A stretch of 64,000 nucleotides of DNA from an uncultured Lachnospiraceae bacterium (GCA_905235415.1 CAJOKX010000001.1:208-64207), one strand, 5' to 3'. Numbered from the stretch's first letter, positions 37,866-48,147 are shown. Notes: generated from the letters alone by a model not told the origin. Program-made: numbers and translations.

Positions 37866-38582
37866 ATGATTCTGAGACAGTTATCCGAAGAACTTTCATC
37901 CAGCACGTATCCTGGGCGCGGCATCGTAGTCGGTCGGTCGGAAGACGGACAATCTGCGGTGACCGCGTATTTTATTATGGGACGGAGCGCCAACAGCCGT
38001 AACCGGATCTTTGTACAGGACGGGGAAGGCATCCGGACGCAGGCGTTTGATCCTTCGAAGATGGAAGATCCGAGCCTGATTATCTATGCACCGGTCCGTG
38101 TCCTGGGGACGTCCACGATCGTCACCAACGGTGACCAGACCGATACCATCTACCAGGGACTGCAGGATGCCCAGACGTTTGAGGAAGCTCTGAGAACCAG
38201 GGAATTTGAACCGGACGCTCCGAACTATACGCCACGGATCAGCGCGCTGCTTGATATCTCACAGGGACAGTACGAGTACAAGATGAGTATCTTAAAGAGC
38301 GCGGACGGGGATCCTTCCTGCTGTGAGCGCTTCAGCTTTTCATACGATCATCCGAAGGCGGGAGAGGGGCATTTCATTCACACCTATCAGTCGGACGGCA
38401 ATCCGCTTCCCAGCTTTGAGGGGGAGCCGACGCGTGTTGACATCACGGGAGACATCGATTCATTTACGCAGAAGGTCTGGAACAGTCTGGATGAAGACAA
38501 TAAGGTCTCTGCATTTGTCCGCTTTATCAATATCAGTACCGGGGCGTACGAGACCCGGATCGTCAATAAGTACCAGGCGTAA
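37866..38582 (+). CDS. IMP cyclohydrolase, PurO-like (archaeal type)
   Basis: YPGRGIVVG.S.DG...VTAYFIMGRS.NSRNR.F and similar strings are typical of the PurO-like family. The gene is adjacent to an AICARFT-only gene. Confidence 0.7.
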   Translation: MILRQLSEELSSSTYPGRGIVVGRSEDGQSAVTAYFIMGRSANSRNRIFVQDGEGIRTQAFDPSKMEDPSLIIYAPVRVLGTSTIVTNGDQTDTIYQGLQDAQTFEEALRTREFEPDAPNYTPRISALLDISQGQYEYKMSILKSADGDPSCCERFSFSYDHPKAGEGHFIHTYQSDGNPLPSFEGEPTRVDITGDIDSFTQKVWNSLDEDNKVSAFVRFINISTGAYETRIVNKYQA

Positions 38583-38607
38583 AACAGGAGAAGGAGCTGA
38601 ATCTATT

Positions 38608-39789
38608 ATGAATGAAATGCAGTTAAAATACGGGTGCAACCCGAACCAGAAGCCGTCCCGCGTCTACATGGAAGGCGGCGCTGATCTTCCCATCAAAGTC
38701 CTGTGCGGCGCTCCGGGCTATATCAATCTGCTGGATGCGCTGAACGGATGGCAGCTGGTGTCGGAACTGAAAAGAGAGACGAATCTTCCGGCGGCGGCTT
38801 CCTTCAAGCATGTGTCCCCGGCTGGCGCCGCGGTAGGCCTGGAACTGAATGACACGCTCAGGAAGATCTATTGGGTGGATGATCTGAAGAAGGATCTGTC
38901 CCCGCTCGCATGTGCCTACGCAAGGGCGAGAGGCGCGGACCGCATGAGTTCCTTCGGGGATTTCATTTCCCTCTCAGATGTGTGCGACGCCGACACGGCC
39001 TCTCTGATCAAGCGCGAGGTTTCGGACGGCGTGATCGCTCCCGGCTATACCGAAGAGGCGCTGGAGATCCTGCGCGGCAAGAAGGGCGGAAAATACGTGG
39101 TTCTGGAGATCGATCCTTCCTATCGTCCCGATCCCATCGAGCGCAAGCAGGTGTTCGGCGTGACCTTTGAGCAGGGCCGGCAGGAGCTTGTCATCGACGA
39201 TGCGTTCCTCCAGAATGTGGTGACAAAGAACAAGGAGCTGCCTCCGGAAGCGATCCGCGACCTGAAGATCTCCCTGATCACGCTGAAGTATACGCAGTCC
39301 AACTCCGTCTGCTTCGTGAAGGACGGACAGGCGATCGGAATCGGCGCCGGCCAGCAGTCGAGGGTGCACTGCACAAGGCTCGCAGGCTCCAAGGCGGACA
39401 ACTGGTATCTGCGCCAGAGCCCGCAGGTGCTGGGCCTTCCGTTCCGCAGCGACATCAAGCGCGCGGACCGCGACAACGCGATCGACGTCTATATGAGCGA
39501 ATGGAGTGAGGATGTTCTGGCGGACGGCCAGTGGCAGAAGGTATTTACCAGTCAGCCGGCGCCCTTCACGGCGCAGGAGAAGAGAGCGTGGCTGGATACG
39601 CTGAGCGGCGTAACGCTGGGCTCCGATGCGTTCTTCCCGTTCTCGGACAACATTGACCGCGCGAAGAAGAGCGGCGTTCAGTATATTGCCGAACCGGGCG
39701 GAAGTGTGAGAGACGACCTGGTGATCGAGCGGTGCGACGACTACGGTATGACGATGGTCTTCACCGGGATCCGGCTGTTCCATCACTAA
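38608..39789 (+). CDS. purH: AICAR formyltransferase (PurH C-terminal domain only)
   Basis: LKYGCNPNQ, FKHVSPAGAAVG and GIGAGQQSRVHC are present. No N-terminal MGS-like IMP cyclohydrolase domain is present. Confidence 0.8.
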   Translation: MNEMQLKYGCNPNQKPSRVYMEGGADLPIKVLCGAPGYINLLDALNGWQLVSELKRETNLPAAASFKHVSPAGAAVGLELNDTLRKIYWVDDLKKDLSPLACAYARARGADRMSSFGDFISLSDVCDADTASLIKREVSDGVIAPGYTEEALEILRGKKGGKYVVLEIDPSYRPDPIERKQVFGVTFEQGRQELVIDDAFLQNVVTKNKELPPEAIRDLKISLITLKYTQSNSVCFVKDGQAIGIGAGQQSRVHCTRLAGSKADNWYLRQSPQVLGLPFRSDIKRADRDNAIDVYMSEWSEDVLADGQWQKVFTSQPAPFTAQEKRAWLDTLSGVTLGSDAFFPFSDNIDRAKKSGVQYIAEPGGSVRDDLVIERCDDYGMTMVFTGIRLFHH

Positions 39790-39806
39790 GTGACGGCCAT
39801 CATAAT

Positions 39807-40154
39807 GGCCCTTTATGACGGAAGTCATCCTGCAAACACGTCGCCTGCCTTCACCCGCCTGCGATGCAATTGCGCTCACTCCCGTCGCCTATAGAAGCGT
39901 GGGCGCCTGCGTTCGCGCACGCATCTTGCCGGGTTCAGTCGGCTCCTATGGTTTGCTGAGAATGACATTCCGTCATTGCGGGCCTTTATGACAGAAGTCA
40001 TCCTGCAAACACGTCGCCTGCCTTTACCCGCCTGCGATGCAATTGCGCTCACTCCCGTCGCCTATAGAAGCGTGGGCGCCTGCGTTCGCGCACGCATCTA
40101 GCCGGGTTCAGTCGGCTCCTATGGTTTGCTGAAGATGACTTCCGTCATTGCGGG
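39807..40154. repeat. Two tandem copies of a 173-bp element with inverted-repeat ends
   Basis: TTTATGAC occurs at 39812 and 39985. The copies are near-identical over about 170 nt. The unit starts TGACRGAAGTCATCCTGCAAAC and ends GTTTGCTGA..ATGAC.TTCCGTCA. Confidence 0.9.
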
Positions 40155-40271
40155 GCGGGACTCAAAAGATCACATAAACAGACGATACAATGAAGACAGG
40201 GCTGCTGCACCATGGTTTGGTGCGGCAGCCCTGTCTGATTTCGGTCATTATGAAATGTCTTCGGCTCTTCG

Positions 40272-41519
40272 TCAGCGCGGAACGCCCTGTTTGGAGAGGA
40301 AGGCGTTGATCCTGTCCACGGGATCGAGCAGGTCGCTCAGAGAACCGTCGTGGTTCAGTGTGTCAATGATCAGTGCGAGGAACTTGCTCAGGTCGCAGCT
40401 GTGATAATACTCCCGCTGCAGAAGCTCGGGCCTCTGGTAGACCAGGTTGGTGGTCAGGATCGAGTGGAAGATGCCTTTCTCATACGCTTCGTCAAATTTC
40501 TCCAGTCCGTAGGAGAAGATGCCGAAGGTTGCGCAGATGAAGATGCGTCCTGCCTTGCGCGCTTTCAGCTCTCTGGCGATATCCAGCGCGGTGTCGCCGG
40601 ACGAGATCATGTCGTCGACGATTACAACGTCTTTCCCCTCTACGGGGGATCCGAGGAATTCATGGGCAATGACGGGGTTGCTTCCGTTCACAACCTGTGT
40701 ATAGTCCCTGCGCTTGTAGAACATCCCCATATCGACGCCCAGGACGTTGGCCATATAGACGGCGCGCGAGGTTCCTGCCTCGTCGGGGCTGACGATCATC
40801 AGACGGTCCGGGGAGACTTCAAAATCAGGCGCTGCGCGGTAGAGTCCTTTGAGGAACTGGTAGACCGGACGGAAGTTCTCGAATCCGGACAGCGGGATCG
40901 CGTTCTGGATCCGGGGATCATGCGCGTCAAATGTGATGATGTTGTCGACGCCCATCCGGACCAGATCCTTGAGCATCTGCGCACAGTCCAGAGATTCACG
41001 CTCACTGCGGCAGTGCTGGCGGCTCTCATACAGATACGGCATAATGACGTTGATGCGCCGCGCTTTTCCTCCGATTGCCGCAATCACACGCTCCAGGTCG
41101 ATGAAATAATCGTCCGGGGACATGTGGTTCTCCTCCCCGCGCAGTGTGTAGGTGACGCTGTAATTACACACGTCGACCAGAATAAAGATGTCGCCTCCGC
41201 GGATCGAATCATAGATGGTCGCCTTGCCTTCTCCGCTTCCGAAGCGGGGGGTCTGGGTGCGGACCAGGAAGGTGTCGCGGACATAGCCGTGCATCTGCGG
41301 ATGGGCCGGATGCTTATGCTCCCGCTCGGCGCGCCACTCAACGATGTACTTGTCAATCTTTTCGGCCATCTGTGTACTGGAAGAGAGGGCGATGATTCCG
41401 AGATCACCGACCGGAAGCTCGTCCAGATTGGAATGCGCCGCCGCCTGCGTGCCGGTCCGGTTCAGCGGATCCTTCGGGAGCGAGGTTTTTTTTCGTGAAT
41501 GATGTGCGCCAGACTGCAT
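40272..41519 (-). CDS. prs: Ribose-phosphate pyrophosphokinase (long form)
   Basis: RINVIMPYLYESRQ and VVIVDDMISSGDT (PRPP loop) are present. The N-terminal start is uncertain. Confidence 0.8.
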   Translation of the reverse strand: MQSGAHHSRKKTSLPKDPLNRTGTQAAAHSNLDELPVGDLGIIALSSSTQMAEKIDKYIVEWRAEREHKHPAHPQMHGYVRDTFLVRTQTPRFGSGEGKATIYDSIRGGDIFILVDVCNYSVTYTLRGEENHMSPDDYFIDLERVIAAIGGKARRINVIMPYLYESRQHCRSERESLDCAQMLKDLVRMGVDNIITFDAHDPRIQNAIPLSGFENFRPVYQFLKGLYRAAPDFEVSPDRLMIVSPDEAGTSRAVYMANVLGVDMGMFYKRRDYTQVVNGSNPVIAHEFLGSPVEGKDVVIVDDMISSGDTALDIARELKARKAGRIFICATFGIFSYGLEKFDEAYEKGIFHSILTTNLVYQRPELLQREYYHSCDLSKFLALIIDTLNHDGSLSDLLDPVDRINAFLSKQGVPR

Positions 41520-41579
41520 GTTGTGAATCCTCCTGCTACTTGTGGGGTTGCCTGGTCTGTAAGGGGTAAAGCAGATCCG

Positions 41580-42623
41580 TCAGGAAGGACGGCTGCCGCG
41601 CAGCCGCTTCTGGACCCTGATGTCCCTGCCGAACATTTCAATCAGTGTAAAGTGTTCGAGAATCCTGGAAGAGATCCGCTCCGAATAGGTGCGGGACAGT
41701 TCCTGCATCGACAGGTTGGTGGAGATCACGATCCCCAGTCCGCCAGCGATTCTGCTGTTTAACAGCTGGAAGAGGGCCGACCCGACAAATGCGTTGACCA
41801 TCTCGGTTCCAAGATCATCGATGATCAGAAGATCGCAGCCGGACAGGTATTTATCGTCCAGGATCTCCTGCGATGTGTCGGTTTCTTTTGAGAATCTGAC
41901 ATCCGCCAGCTTGTCGAACAGTTCGCCTGCCGAGTAGTAGATCACGGAGAAACCGCGCCCGAGCAGCTCTCTGGCGATGCAGTGCGTCAGGAATGTCTTC
42001 CCGACGCCTGTCTGTCCGGTCAGAAGCAGAAAATCGTTCTGCGCGCCGCTTTTGTACTGATCCGCGAATCTGCGGCAGGAGAAAAGCGCATTTTCCGCGA
42101 TCTCCCTTGAACTTCTGCCTGTCTGGGACTGCAGGAGATCTTCCGGATAATAGCTGATATCGAATGTATCGAAGTTTTCCTGCTCCAGGATCCCGGCGAG
42201 ATTGGACTGCGTATAAAACAGTCGGATCACTTCCGCGTCAAAGCAGCTGCAGCGCTGCGATCCCACGTATCCGGTATCCTTGCAGACAGGGCAGACATAG
42301 ACCGGATCGAGATAGTCTTCCGGAAAGCCGTGTGCCTTCAGAAGCTGTCTGCGCCGCACGGACGGATCCTCCCCGCCTGCCGCCTTTTTGAGAAGATCGC
42401 GGAAGGGGACGGAAACGCCTCCCGCCGCATGGACATCCATGGGGGAGAGACTGCGTCTGACCTGTGAAAGCGCAGAATCAACAACCGCCCTGTCCAGGTT
42501 CTGAAGCTCCGGGATCTTTTCATATGCGATCCTGCGGCGCTCCTCCTCGACGTGGTGGCTGTTGATGCGTCTTTTATCATAGACACGCATGACTGCGTCA
42601 TATTGTGAATTCGTAAGTCCCAT
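41580..42623 (-). CDS. dnaI: Helicase loader, DnaC/DnaI family ATPase
   Basis: The N-terminus carries Cys-rich CPVCKDTGYVGSQRCSC. Walker A is LLLTGQTGVGKTFL and Walker B is LLIIDDLG. Confidence 0.75.
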   Translation of the reverse strand: MGLTNSQYDAVMRVYDKRRINSHHVEEERRRIAYEKIPELQNLDRAVVDSALSQVRRSLSPMDVHAAGGVSVPFRDLLKKAAGGEDPSVRRRQLLKAHGFPEDYLDPVYVCPVCKDTGYVGSQRCSCFDAEVIRLFYTQSNLAGILEQENFDTFDISYYPEDLLQSQTGRSSREIAENALFSCRRFADQYKSGAQNDFLLLTGQTGVGKTFLTHCIARELLGRGFSVIYYSAGELFDKLADVRFSKETDTSQEILDDKYLSGCDLLIIDDLGTEMVNAFVGSALFQLLNSRIAGGLGIVISTNLSMQELSRTYSERISSRILEHFTLIEMFGRDIRVQKRLRGSRPS

Positions 42624-42626
42624 GCA

Positions 42627-43712
42627 TTATGACTCCTGTGACTTTGGCAGGGAATCCGTATTCTGGTTCTGCATCACCTGCATGGCAAGATCATCCCAGT
42701 TGCTGCCCGAAGAGGCAAAATTGACAAACCGCCCCGCATTCTGCCTGCGGGAGGCGTCCTGTGAGCTGCGGGACGGATCAGACTGCGATGTCCTGGCGTG
42801 GATCTGGTCCAGGTTCTGGATGTCGACACTGGTCCTGACGCCGTTCTCATGCCAGCTGCGCAGAATGGAATCCGCATAGGAGAACTGCGCTCTGCCGGTC
42901 TGCAGGATCGTGCGACGGCATGCCTCGCAGATCAGGTCCGTTCCGAATCCGAATTCATTGAGCCAGCGCTCCATGTATTCCGTCTCCGGCGCAGTCGGAG
43001 CTCTTCCGGTGATCCCGAGGGAACGGAAGATCTCGTAATATTCGCTGCGGTACAGGTCGCCCTCGCGTTTGGCCTGCTCGACGGTCCGGATCCCCTTCTG
43101 CGTCCAGTTCTGCGCCACCTTCTGGATATAATAGAAGCTGGTATGGTTCCTGGAGATGCAGTATTCCAGCAGATAATCGATCAGGTCAATGTCCATGCCC
43201 AGATCTGTGATGAAATAGAGAAGGGTATGCTGCTCTGAAGGATTCAGAAGACGGCCCAGATAATTCTCGGCGACAAAGAACAGTGAAGCCACATCCTCCT
43301 CCGACGGCGTCTTCTGAGACTGGGCCGGCCTGAACTCGGTGATCTTGCCGCCCGCCTGTTCGCTGAGCGCGCCAAGAGGCTTCTCACTTCCGGTGCTCTG
43401 CCCGGACGCACCCTGAACAGAAGACACGCCGTCCGGCGTCTCCTCACTGTCATAGTCGAGCATGTGAAGCTTCTTCCAGTATCCCATCGCCCGCTTCACA
43501 TCCGATTCTGTATAGTGCAGCGCATCCGCGACCTGGGAAACCGTCACATCGGTCTTTCCTTCCTGGACGCAGCGCAGCAGATACAGATATATTTTCACGA
43601 AATCCCCGCTTGCAGCGGGCATGAACTGATCGATAAATGTGTTCTCAATCATGGTCATGCCGCCGGTACCCGGCAAATGAACCCGCATGAAAACACCGCC
43701 CTTCTTCCGCAT
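42627..43712 (-). CDS. DnaD-domain replication protein (DnaB/DnaD-type loader partner)
   Basis: An N-terminal winged-helix-like region (FVKIYLYLLR) and a C-terminal DnaD-domain string (YFITDLGMDIDLIDYLLEYC...YIQKVAQNW) are present. The gene is translationally adjacent to dnaI. Confidence 0.7.
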   Translation of the reverse strand: MRKKGGVFMRVHLPGTGGMTMIENTFIDQFMPAASGDFVKIYLYLLRCVQEGKTDVTVSQVADALHYTESDVKRAMGYWKKLHMLDYDSEETPDGVSSVQGASGQSTGSEKPLGALSEQAGGKITEFRPAQSQKTPSEEDVASLFFVAENYLGRLLNPSEQHTLLYFITDLGMDIDLIDYLLEYCISRNHTSFYYIQKVAQNWTQKGIRTVEQAKREGDLYRSEYYEIFRSLGITGRAPTAPETEYMERWLNEFGFGTDLICEACRRTILQTGRAQFSYADSILRSWHENGVRTSVDIQNLDQIHARTSQSDPSRSSQDASRRQNAGRFVNFASSGSNWDDLAMQVMQNQNTDSLPKSQES

Positions 43713-43848
43713 AGATTCCCCCCTAAGAAACTCTATACTCCCAAAGGCCCCCTAAGCCTGACAGGCATGCGTCCTTTCAGACTGCCTTTCCTGTCGCAAG
43801 CAAGTATACCACATCCGGCCAAGCCGTATAAGGCATTCTGTCCACGAC

Positions 43849-43946
43849 TTATCTACAAAGAAATCCACACATGCAGATACGCATAGTACAGGTGCAGATG
43901 CACATATACGCACTGCATTCTATGAAGCCTCCGGGATTTATCCACA
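43849..43946 (+). promoter_or_regulatory. Cluster of DnaA-box-like 9-mers
   Basis: TTATCCACA (perfect, 43938-43946), TTATCTACA (43849-43857) and AAATCCACA (43861-43869) all share the same orientation. Confidence 0.5.
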
Positions 43947-43953
43947 GGAAAGA

Positions 43954-43987
43954 GAAAAACAGGGCGCAGCGGATTGTCCGCTGCGCC
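43954..43987 (-). terminator. Rho-independent terminator after murC
   Basis: On the minus strand, the GGCGCAGCGGA / TCCGCTGCGCC stem is followed by CTGTTTTT. Confidence 0.8.
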
Positions 43988-44006
43988 GGGGTGTTCTTCA
44001 ATATAT

Positions 44007-45404
44007 TTATGCGCCTGCACTTTCATCATATGCAAGCATCTCTTCGCCGACTTTGACAACGTCGCCCGCACCCATGGTAATCACCAGATCGTCCGGGGCG
44101 ACATGGCTGCGGAGGAAGGCTTCGATCTTGTCGAATCCCGTCAGGTAGTAAGCGTCTGTTCCGAGATTGGCGATATTCTGACGCAGGGTGTCCGAGCTGA
44201 TGCCCAGCGTATCGGTCTCGCGGGCTGCGTAGATCGGCGCCAGTACAACCTCGTCCGCCAGGGAGAGCGCATCGGCAAACCCGCTCATCAGCGCCTTTGT
44301 GCGCGTGTAGGTATGAGGCTGAAAAACACACCAGATCCGGTTGTGCGGATACTTCATCGCAGCTTCCAGCGTTGTGCGGATCTCGGTAGGATGGTGCGCA
44401 TAGTCGTCGATGATGACAGCCCCGTTTTTCAGGGTTCCTTTGATCTGGAAGCGGCGGTCTGCGCCGGAAAATTCCAGAAGTCCCCTGCGGCAGGCATCCA
44501 TGGAGACGCCCATCTGGTCTGCCGCCGCGATCGCGCAGATGGCGTTGGAGACATTGTGCGCTCCCGGCACACGCAGCGAGAAGGAACCCAGGTCCTCTCC
44601 ATTATGGTATGCGTGGAATGTACCCAACCCGAGATCGTCATAGGTAATGTTGTCCGGATAATAGTCGGACTGCGCGGTGCCGTATGTAATCACGCGGGCA
44701 TCGATGCCGTCTGTAATGCCGGGAAGATCCGGGATGAGGGCGTTGATGATCAGCGCGCCGTCCGGGCGGATATTCTTCGCAAAGCGGTGGAAGGAATGGC
44801 GGATGTCATCCAGATCCTTGAAGAAGTCCAGATGGTCCGCGTCGATATTCAGGATCATGCCGTATTTCGGCTTCAGGCTCAGAAAACTGTTTGTGTATTC
44901 GCAGGCCTCCGCGATGAAGTTCTCGGAACTTCCGACACGGATGTTGCCGCCGATCTCCCTGAGGATCCCTCCGACCGAGATCGTCGGATCCATATCCGCC
45001 TGCAGAAGGATGCAGGAGAGCATGGAGGTTGTCGTGGTCTTGCCGTGCGTGCCGGCAACGGCGCAGGAGTTGTCGTAATTGGCCATCACCTGGCCGAGCA
45101 GCTGCGCGCGTGTCAGCATCGGGATTCCCATCTCAACGGCCCTGACATATTCCGGGTTATCGGGGTGGATGGCCGCCGTGTAGACCATGGCATCCGCATC
45201 CGCGGGAAGGTTCTCCGCCTTCTGCGGACAGAGGATCTTTGCACCCTGCTGCGCGAGCTGGTTCGTGAGGGGCGACTGCTTCGAATCGGACCCCGTGACG
45301 GTAAAGCCTTCCTTTAACAGTACGGAGGCCAGGCCGCTCATACTGATGCCGCCGATGCCGCAGAAATAGATATGTGCGGGACTGCTGAAATCTATCTGAT
45401 ACAT
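44007..45404 (-). CDS. murC: UDP-N-acetylmuramate--L-alanine ligase
   Basis: HIYFCGIGGISMSGLA and GTHGKTTTTSM are present. The start is set at MYQIDF, after AAAGGAG. Confidence 0.9.
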   Translation of the reverse strand: MYQIDFSSPAHIYFCGIGGISMSGLASVLLKEGFTVTGSDSKQSPLTNQLAQQGAKILCPQKAENLPADADAMVYTAAIHPDNPEYVRAVEMGIPMLTRAQLLGQVMANYDNSCAVAGTHGKTTTTSMLSCILLQADMDPTISVGGILREIGGNIRVGSSENFIAEACEYTNSFLSLKPKYGMILNIDADHLDFFKDLDDIRHSFHRFAKNIRPDGALIINALIPDLPGITDGIDARVITYGTAQSDYYPDNITYDDLGLGTFHAYHNGEDLGSFSLRVPGAHNVSNAICAIAAADQMGVSMDACRRGLLEFSGADRRFQIKGTLKNGAVIIDDYAHHPTEIRTTLEAAMKYPHNRIWCVFQPHTYTRTKALMSGFADALSLADEVVLAPIYAARETDTLGISSDTLRQNIANLGTDAYYLTGFDKIEAFLRSHVAPDDLVITMGAGDVVKVGEEMLAYDESAGA

Positions 45405-45685
45405 GATGCCGTATACTCCTTTATTCTGGTATAGCGCGCCCGGAAACGGCGGATCACTCAAAACCCGCTGTCCAAACGCACGGTTACCTTAGTATATACT
45501 TGCAGGGTGGATCGTTTCAAGTGGCATCCATGAAAGTGGAACTTGTTTAAAAGATGCACAAAAAACGAGCGGACAGATTGTGCACAATTATGGGGGTAAA
45601 CGATCGGTAAAAGTATAAATGAAAGCAAAAAAAACAAAACATAACAAAATAACAAAGCAAAAACGGCTGTTCATTGTAATATTTG

Positions 45686-45714
45686 TTCACAGATGACAGT
45701 GGATGTGTTATACT
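45686..45714 (+). promoter_or_regulatory. Candidate extended -10 promoter for glgCD
   Basis: TTCACA, a 17-nt spacer, then TATACT, with TG immediately upstream of the -10. Confidence 0.5.
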
Positions 45715-45757
45715 TGGATAGCTAGTATCTGTTTTCTTCATGTTGAGGGGTGATAAT

Positions 45758-47032
45758 GTGGTAAAAAAAGAAATGATTGCTATGCTGCTGGCAGGAGGAC
45801 AGGGCTCGCGGCTGGGCGTACTGACAGCGCAGGTTGCAAAACCCGCAGTTGCGTTTGGCGGAAAATACCGCATCATTGACTTTCCGCTCAGCAATTGTAT
45901 CAATTCAGGGATTGACACTGTCGGAGTGCTGACGCAGTATCAGCCTCTGCGGCTGAATACCCACATCGGGATCGGTATTCCGTGGGATCTGGACCGGAAT
46001 GTAGGAGGCGTCACCGTCCTTCCGCCTTATGAGAAGGTGGGAAAGTCGGAGTGGTACACCGGAACCGCGAACGCCATCTACCAGAACCTCGCCTATATGG
46101 AGAGCTTCAATCCGGACTATGTCCTGATTCTTTCAGGGGATCACATCTACAAGATGGATTATGAGGTCATGCTTGATTTTCATAAGTCCCACAATGCAGA
46201 TGTTTCGATCGCTGTAATGCCGGTTCCGCAGGAAGAAGCAGGACGCTTCGGCATCGTGGTTGCTGACAGCGACGGGAAGATCCGCGAGTTCCAGGAAAAA
46301 CCGGAGCATCCGAAGAGCAACCTGGCATCCATGGGGATCTACATTTTCAGCTGGCCGGTTCTGCGGGACGCGCTTGTTGCGCTCCGCGAACAGGAAGGGT
46401 GCGATTTCGGGAAGCATGTGATCCCGTATCTGTGGGATCACGGCAGGAGCCTGGTCGCATATGAGTTCAACGGCTACTGGAAGGACGTGGGGACGCTTGG
46501 CTCCTACTGGGAAGCCAACATGGAGCTGATTGATATAATTCCCGAGTTTAATCTGTATGAGGAATTCTGGAAGATCTACACGAAGAATGACATCCTTCCT
46601 CCGCAGTACATCTCAAAAGATGCGAAAGTGTACAGAAGCCTGATCGGAGACGGAACGGAGATCTACGGTGAGATCTACAATTCGATCATCGGAAGCGGCG
46701 TTACAGTAGAGAAAGGGGCTGTGATCCGCGATTCCATCGTCATGCAGAACTGCGTCATCAGGGCAGATGCCGTACTTGACAAGGCCATCGTTGCAGAGGG
46801 CTCGCAGATCGGCGAGAAGAGTATCGTCGGATGCGGGGAAGAGGTTCCGAACAAGGTCAAACCCTCTGTCTATTCGTTCGGGCTCGCTGTTGTCGGCGAG
46901 AATACGATTGTGCCGGGGGGCGTCAGGATCGGAAGAAACACAGCGGTAACCGGCAGTACCGTTCCGGAGGATTATCCGGACGGATCTCTCCCGAGCGGCG
47001 GGATACTGGATAAGGCAGGTGTTGTGTCATGA
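45758..47032 (+). CDS. glgC: Glucose-1-phosphate adenylyltransferase
   Basis: [15 protein letters not shown]...[15 protein letters not shown]. The start (GTG 45758, after GAGGGG) is uncertain by a few codons. Confidence 0.9.
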   Translation: MVKKEMIAMLLAGGQGSRLGVLTAQVAKPAVAFGGKYRIIDFPLSNCINSGIDTVGVLTQYQPLRLNTHIGIGIPWDLDRNVGGVTVLPPYEKVGKSEWYTGTANAIYQNLAYMESFNPDYVLILSGDHIYKMDYEVMLDFHKSHNADVSIAVMPVPQEEAGRFGIVVADSDGKIREFQEKPEHPKSNLASMGIYIFSWPVLRDALVALREQEGCDFGKHVIPYLWDHGRSLVAYEFNGYWKDVGTLGSYWEANMELIDIIPEFNLYEEFWKIYTKNDILPPQYISKDAKVYRSLIGDGTEIYGEIYNSIIGSGVTVEKGAVIRDSIVMQNCVIRADAVLDKAIVAEGSQIGEKSIVGCGEEVPNKVKPSVYSFGLAVVGENTIVPGGVRIGRNTAVTGSTVPEDYPDGSLPSGGILDKAGVVS

Positions 47033-48147
47033 GAGCAGTCGGTATGATCTTAGCAGGTGGCAGCAGCTACCGCATGAGGGAACTGTCCAACAAGAGAGCA
47101 GTTGCGGCGATGCCGATTGCGGGTTCCTTCCGCAGCATTGATTTCGCACTCAGCTCGATGTCAAACTCGCGTATTCAGAAGGTTGCGGTATTGACCCAGT
47201 TCAATTCCAGATCGCTGAACGAGCATCTGTCGTCCTCCAAGTGGTGGGACTTCGGGCGCAAGCAGGGAGGCCTGTATGTGTTCTCCCCGACGGTCACGGT
47301 CGACAACAATTTCTGGTACAGAGGAACAGCGGACGCGCTTTACCAGAACCTTGATTTCCTCAAGAACTGCCATGAACCGTATGTGGTGATTGCATCCGGC
47401 GACGGCATCTACAAGCTGGATTTCAATAAAGTCCTGGAATACCACATCGCCAAGAAGGCGGACATCACAGTGGTATGCAAGGAACTTCCTCCGCAGGAGG
47501 ATGTGACAAGGTTTGGCGTTCTCAAGATGAACGAGGACAGCAGGATCGAGCAGTTCGAGGAGAAGCCGATGGCTTCGGATGCGAACACCATCTCCTGCGG
47601 GATCTATGTAGTCAGAAGACGCCAGCTGATAGAACTGATTGAGAAGAGCGCGATGGAGGGACGATTTGATTTCGTACGCGATGTTCTCATTCGTTATAAG
47701 AGCGTCAAAAGGATCTATGGGTATAAGATCGACAGTTACTGGAGCAATATCGCTTCTGTGGAATCCTACTACAGAACGAACATGGATTTCCTGAGGCCGG
47801 ACGTGAGGGATTACTTCTTCCGGCAGTATCCGGAGATCCACTCCAAGGTTGACGACCTTCCGCCAGCCAAGTACAACCCGGGGAGCGAAGTGCACAACAG
47901 CCTGATCTCTTCGGGATCGATCATCAATGGATATGTGGAAGATTCCGTCATATTCAAGAATGTTTTTGTCGGGGAAAACTGTGTGATCAAGAATTCCATC
48001 GTATTGAACGATGTGTATCTTGGTGACAATGTTCATTTGGAGAACTGCATCGTGGAAAGCCGCGATACCATCAGGGCTAACACATATTACAACGGGGAGG
48101 ATGGTATCAAGATTGTCATCGAATCAGATGAACGTTATGTAATATAA
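47029..48147 (+). CDS. glgD: Glucose-1-phosphate adenylyltransferase regulatory subunit GlgD
   Basis: This is a paralogue of GlgC lacking the GGxGxRL loop consensus ([10 protein letters not shown]). Its start overlaps the glgC stop. Confidence 0.8.
   Translation: MRAVGMILAGGSSYRMRELSNKRAVAAMPIAGSFRSIDFALSSMSNSRIQKVAVLTQFNSRSLNEHLSSSKWWDFGRKQGGLYVFSPTVTVDNNFWYRGTADALYQNLDFLKNCHEPYVVIASGDGIYKLDFNKVLEYHIAKKADITVVCKELPPQEDVTRFGVLKMNEDSRIEQFEEKPMASDANTISCGIYVVRRRQLIELIEKSAMEGRFDFVRDVLIRYKSVKRIYGYKIDSYWSNIASVESYYRTNMDFLRPDVRDYFFRQYPEIHSKVDDLPPAKYNPGSEVHNSLISSGSIINGYVEDSVIFKNVFVGENCVIKNSIVLNDVYLGDNVHLENCIVESRDTIRANTYYNGEDGIKIVIESDERYVI

Noticed and set aside
40126-40404. 92-aa ORF overlapping the end of the 173-bp repeat and the 3' end of prs.
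   Set aside because: It is antisense to prs, starts within the repeat, and has no RBS or recognisable motifs.
43713-44006. Chromosomal origin (oriC), because of the DnaA boxes.
   Set aside because: No dnaA or dnaN gene is adjacent, there are only 3-4 boxes, and no obvious AT-rich unwinding element is present. A regulatory box cluster is more parsimonious.
45462-45739. Catabolite-responsive (cre) sites or other operators in the A/T-rich murC-glgC divergent region, including the 10-bp palindrome TTGTGCACAA near 45578.
   Set aside because: No 14-mer fits TGWAANCGNTNWCA without indels. The palindrome is short enough to occur by chance in A/T-rich DNA.
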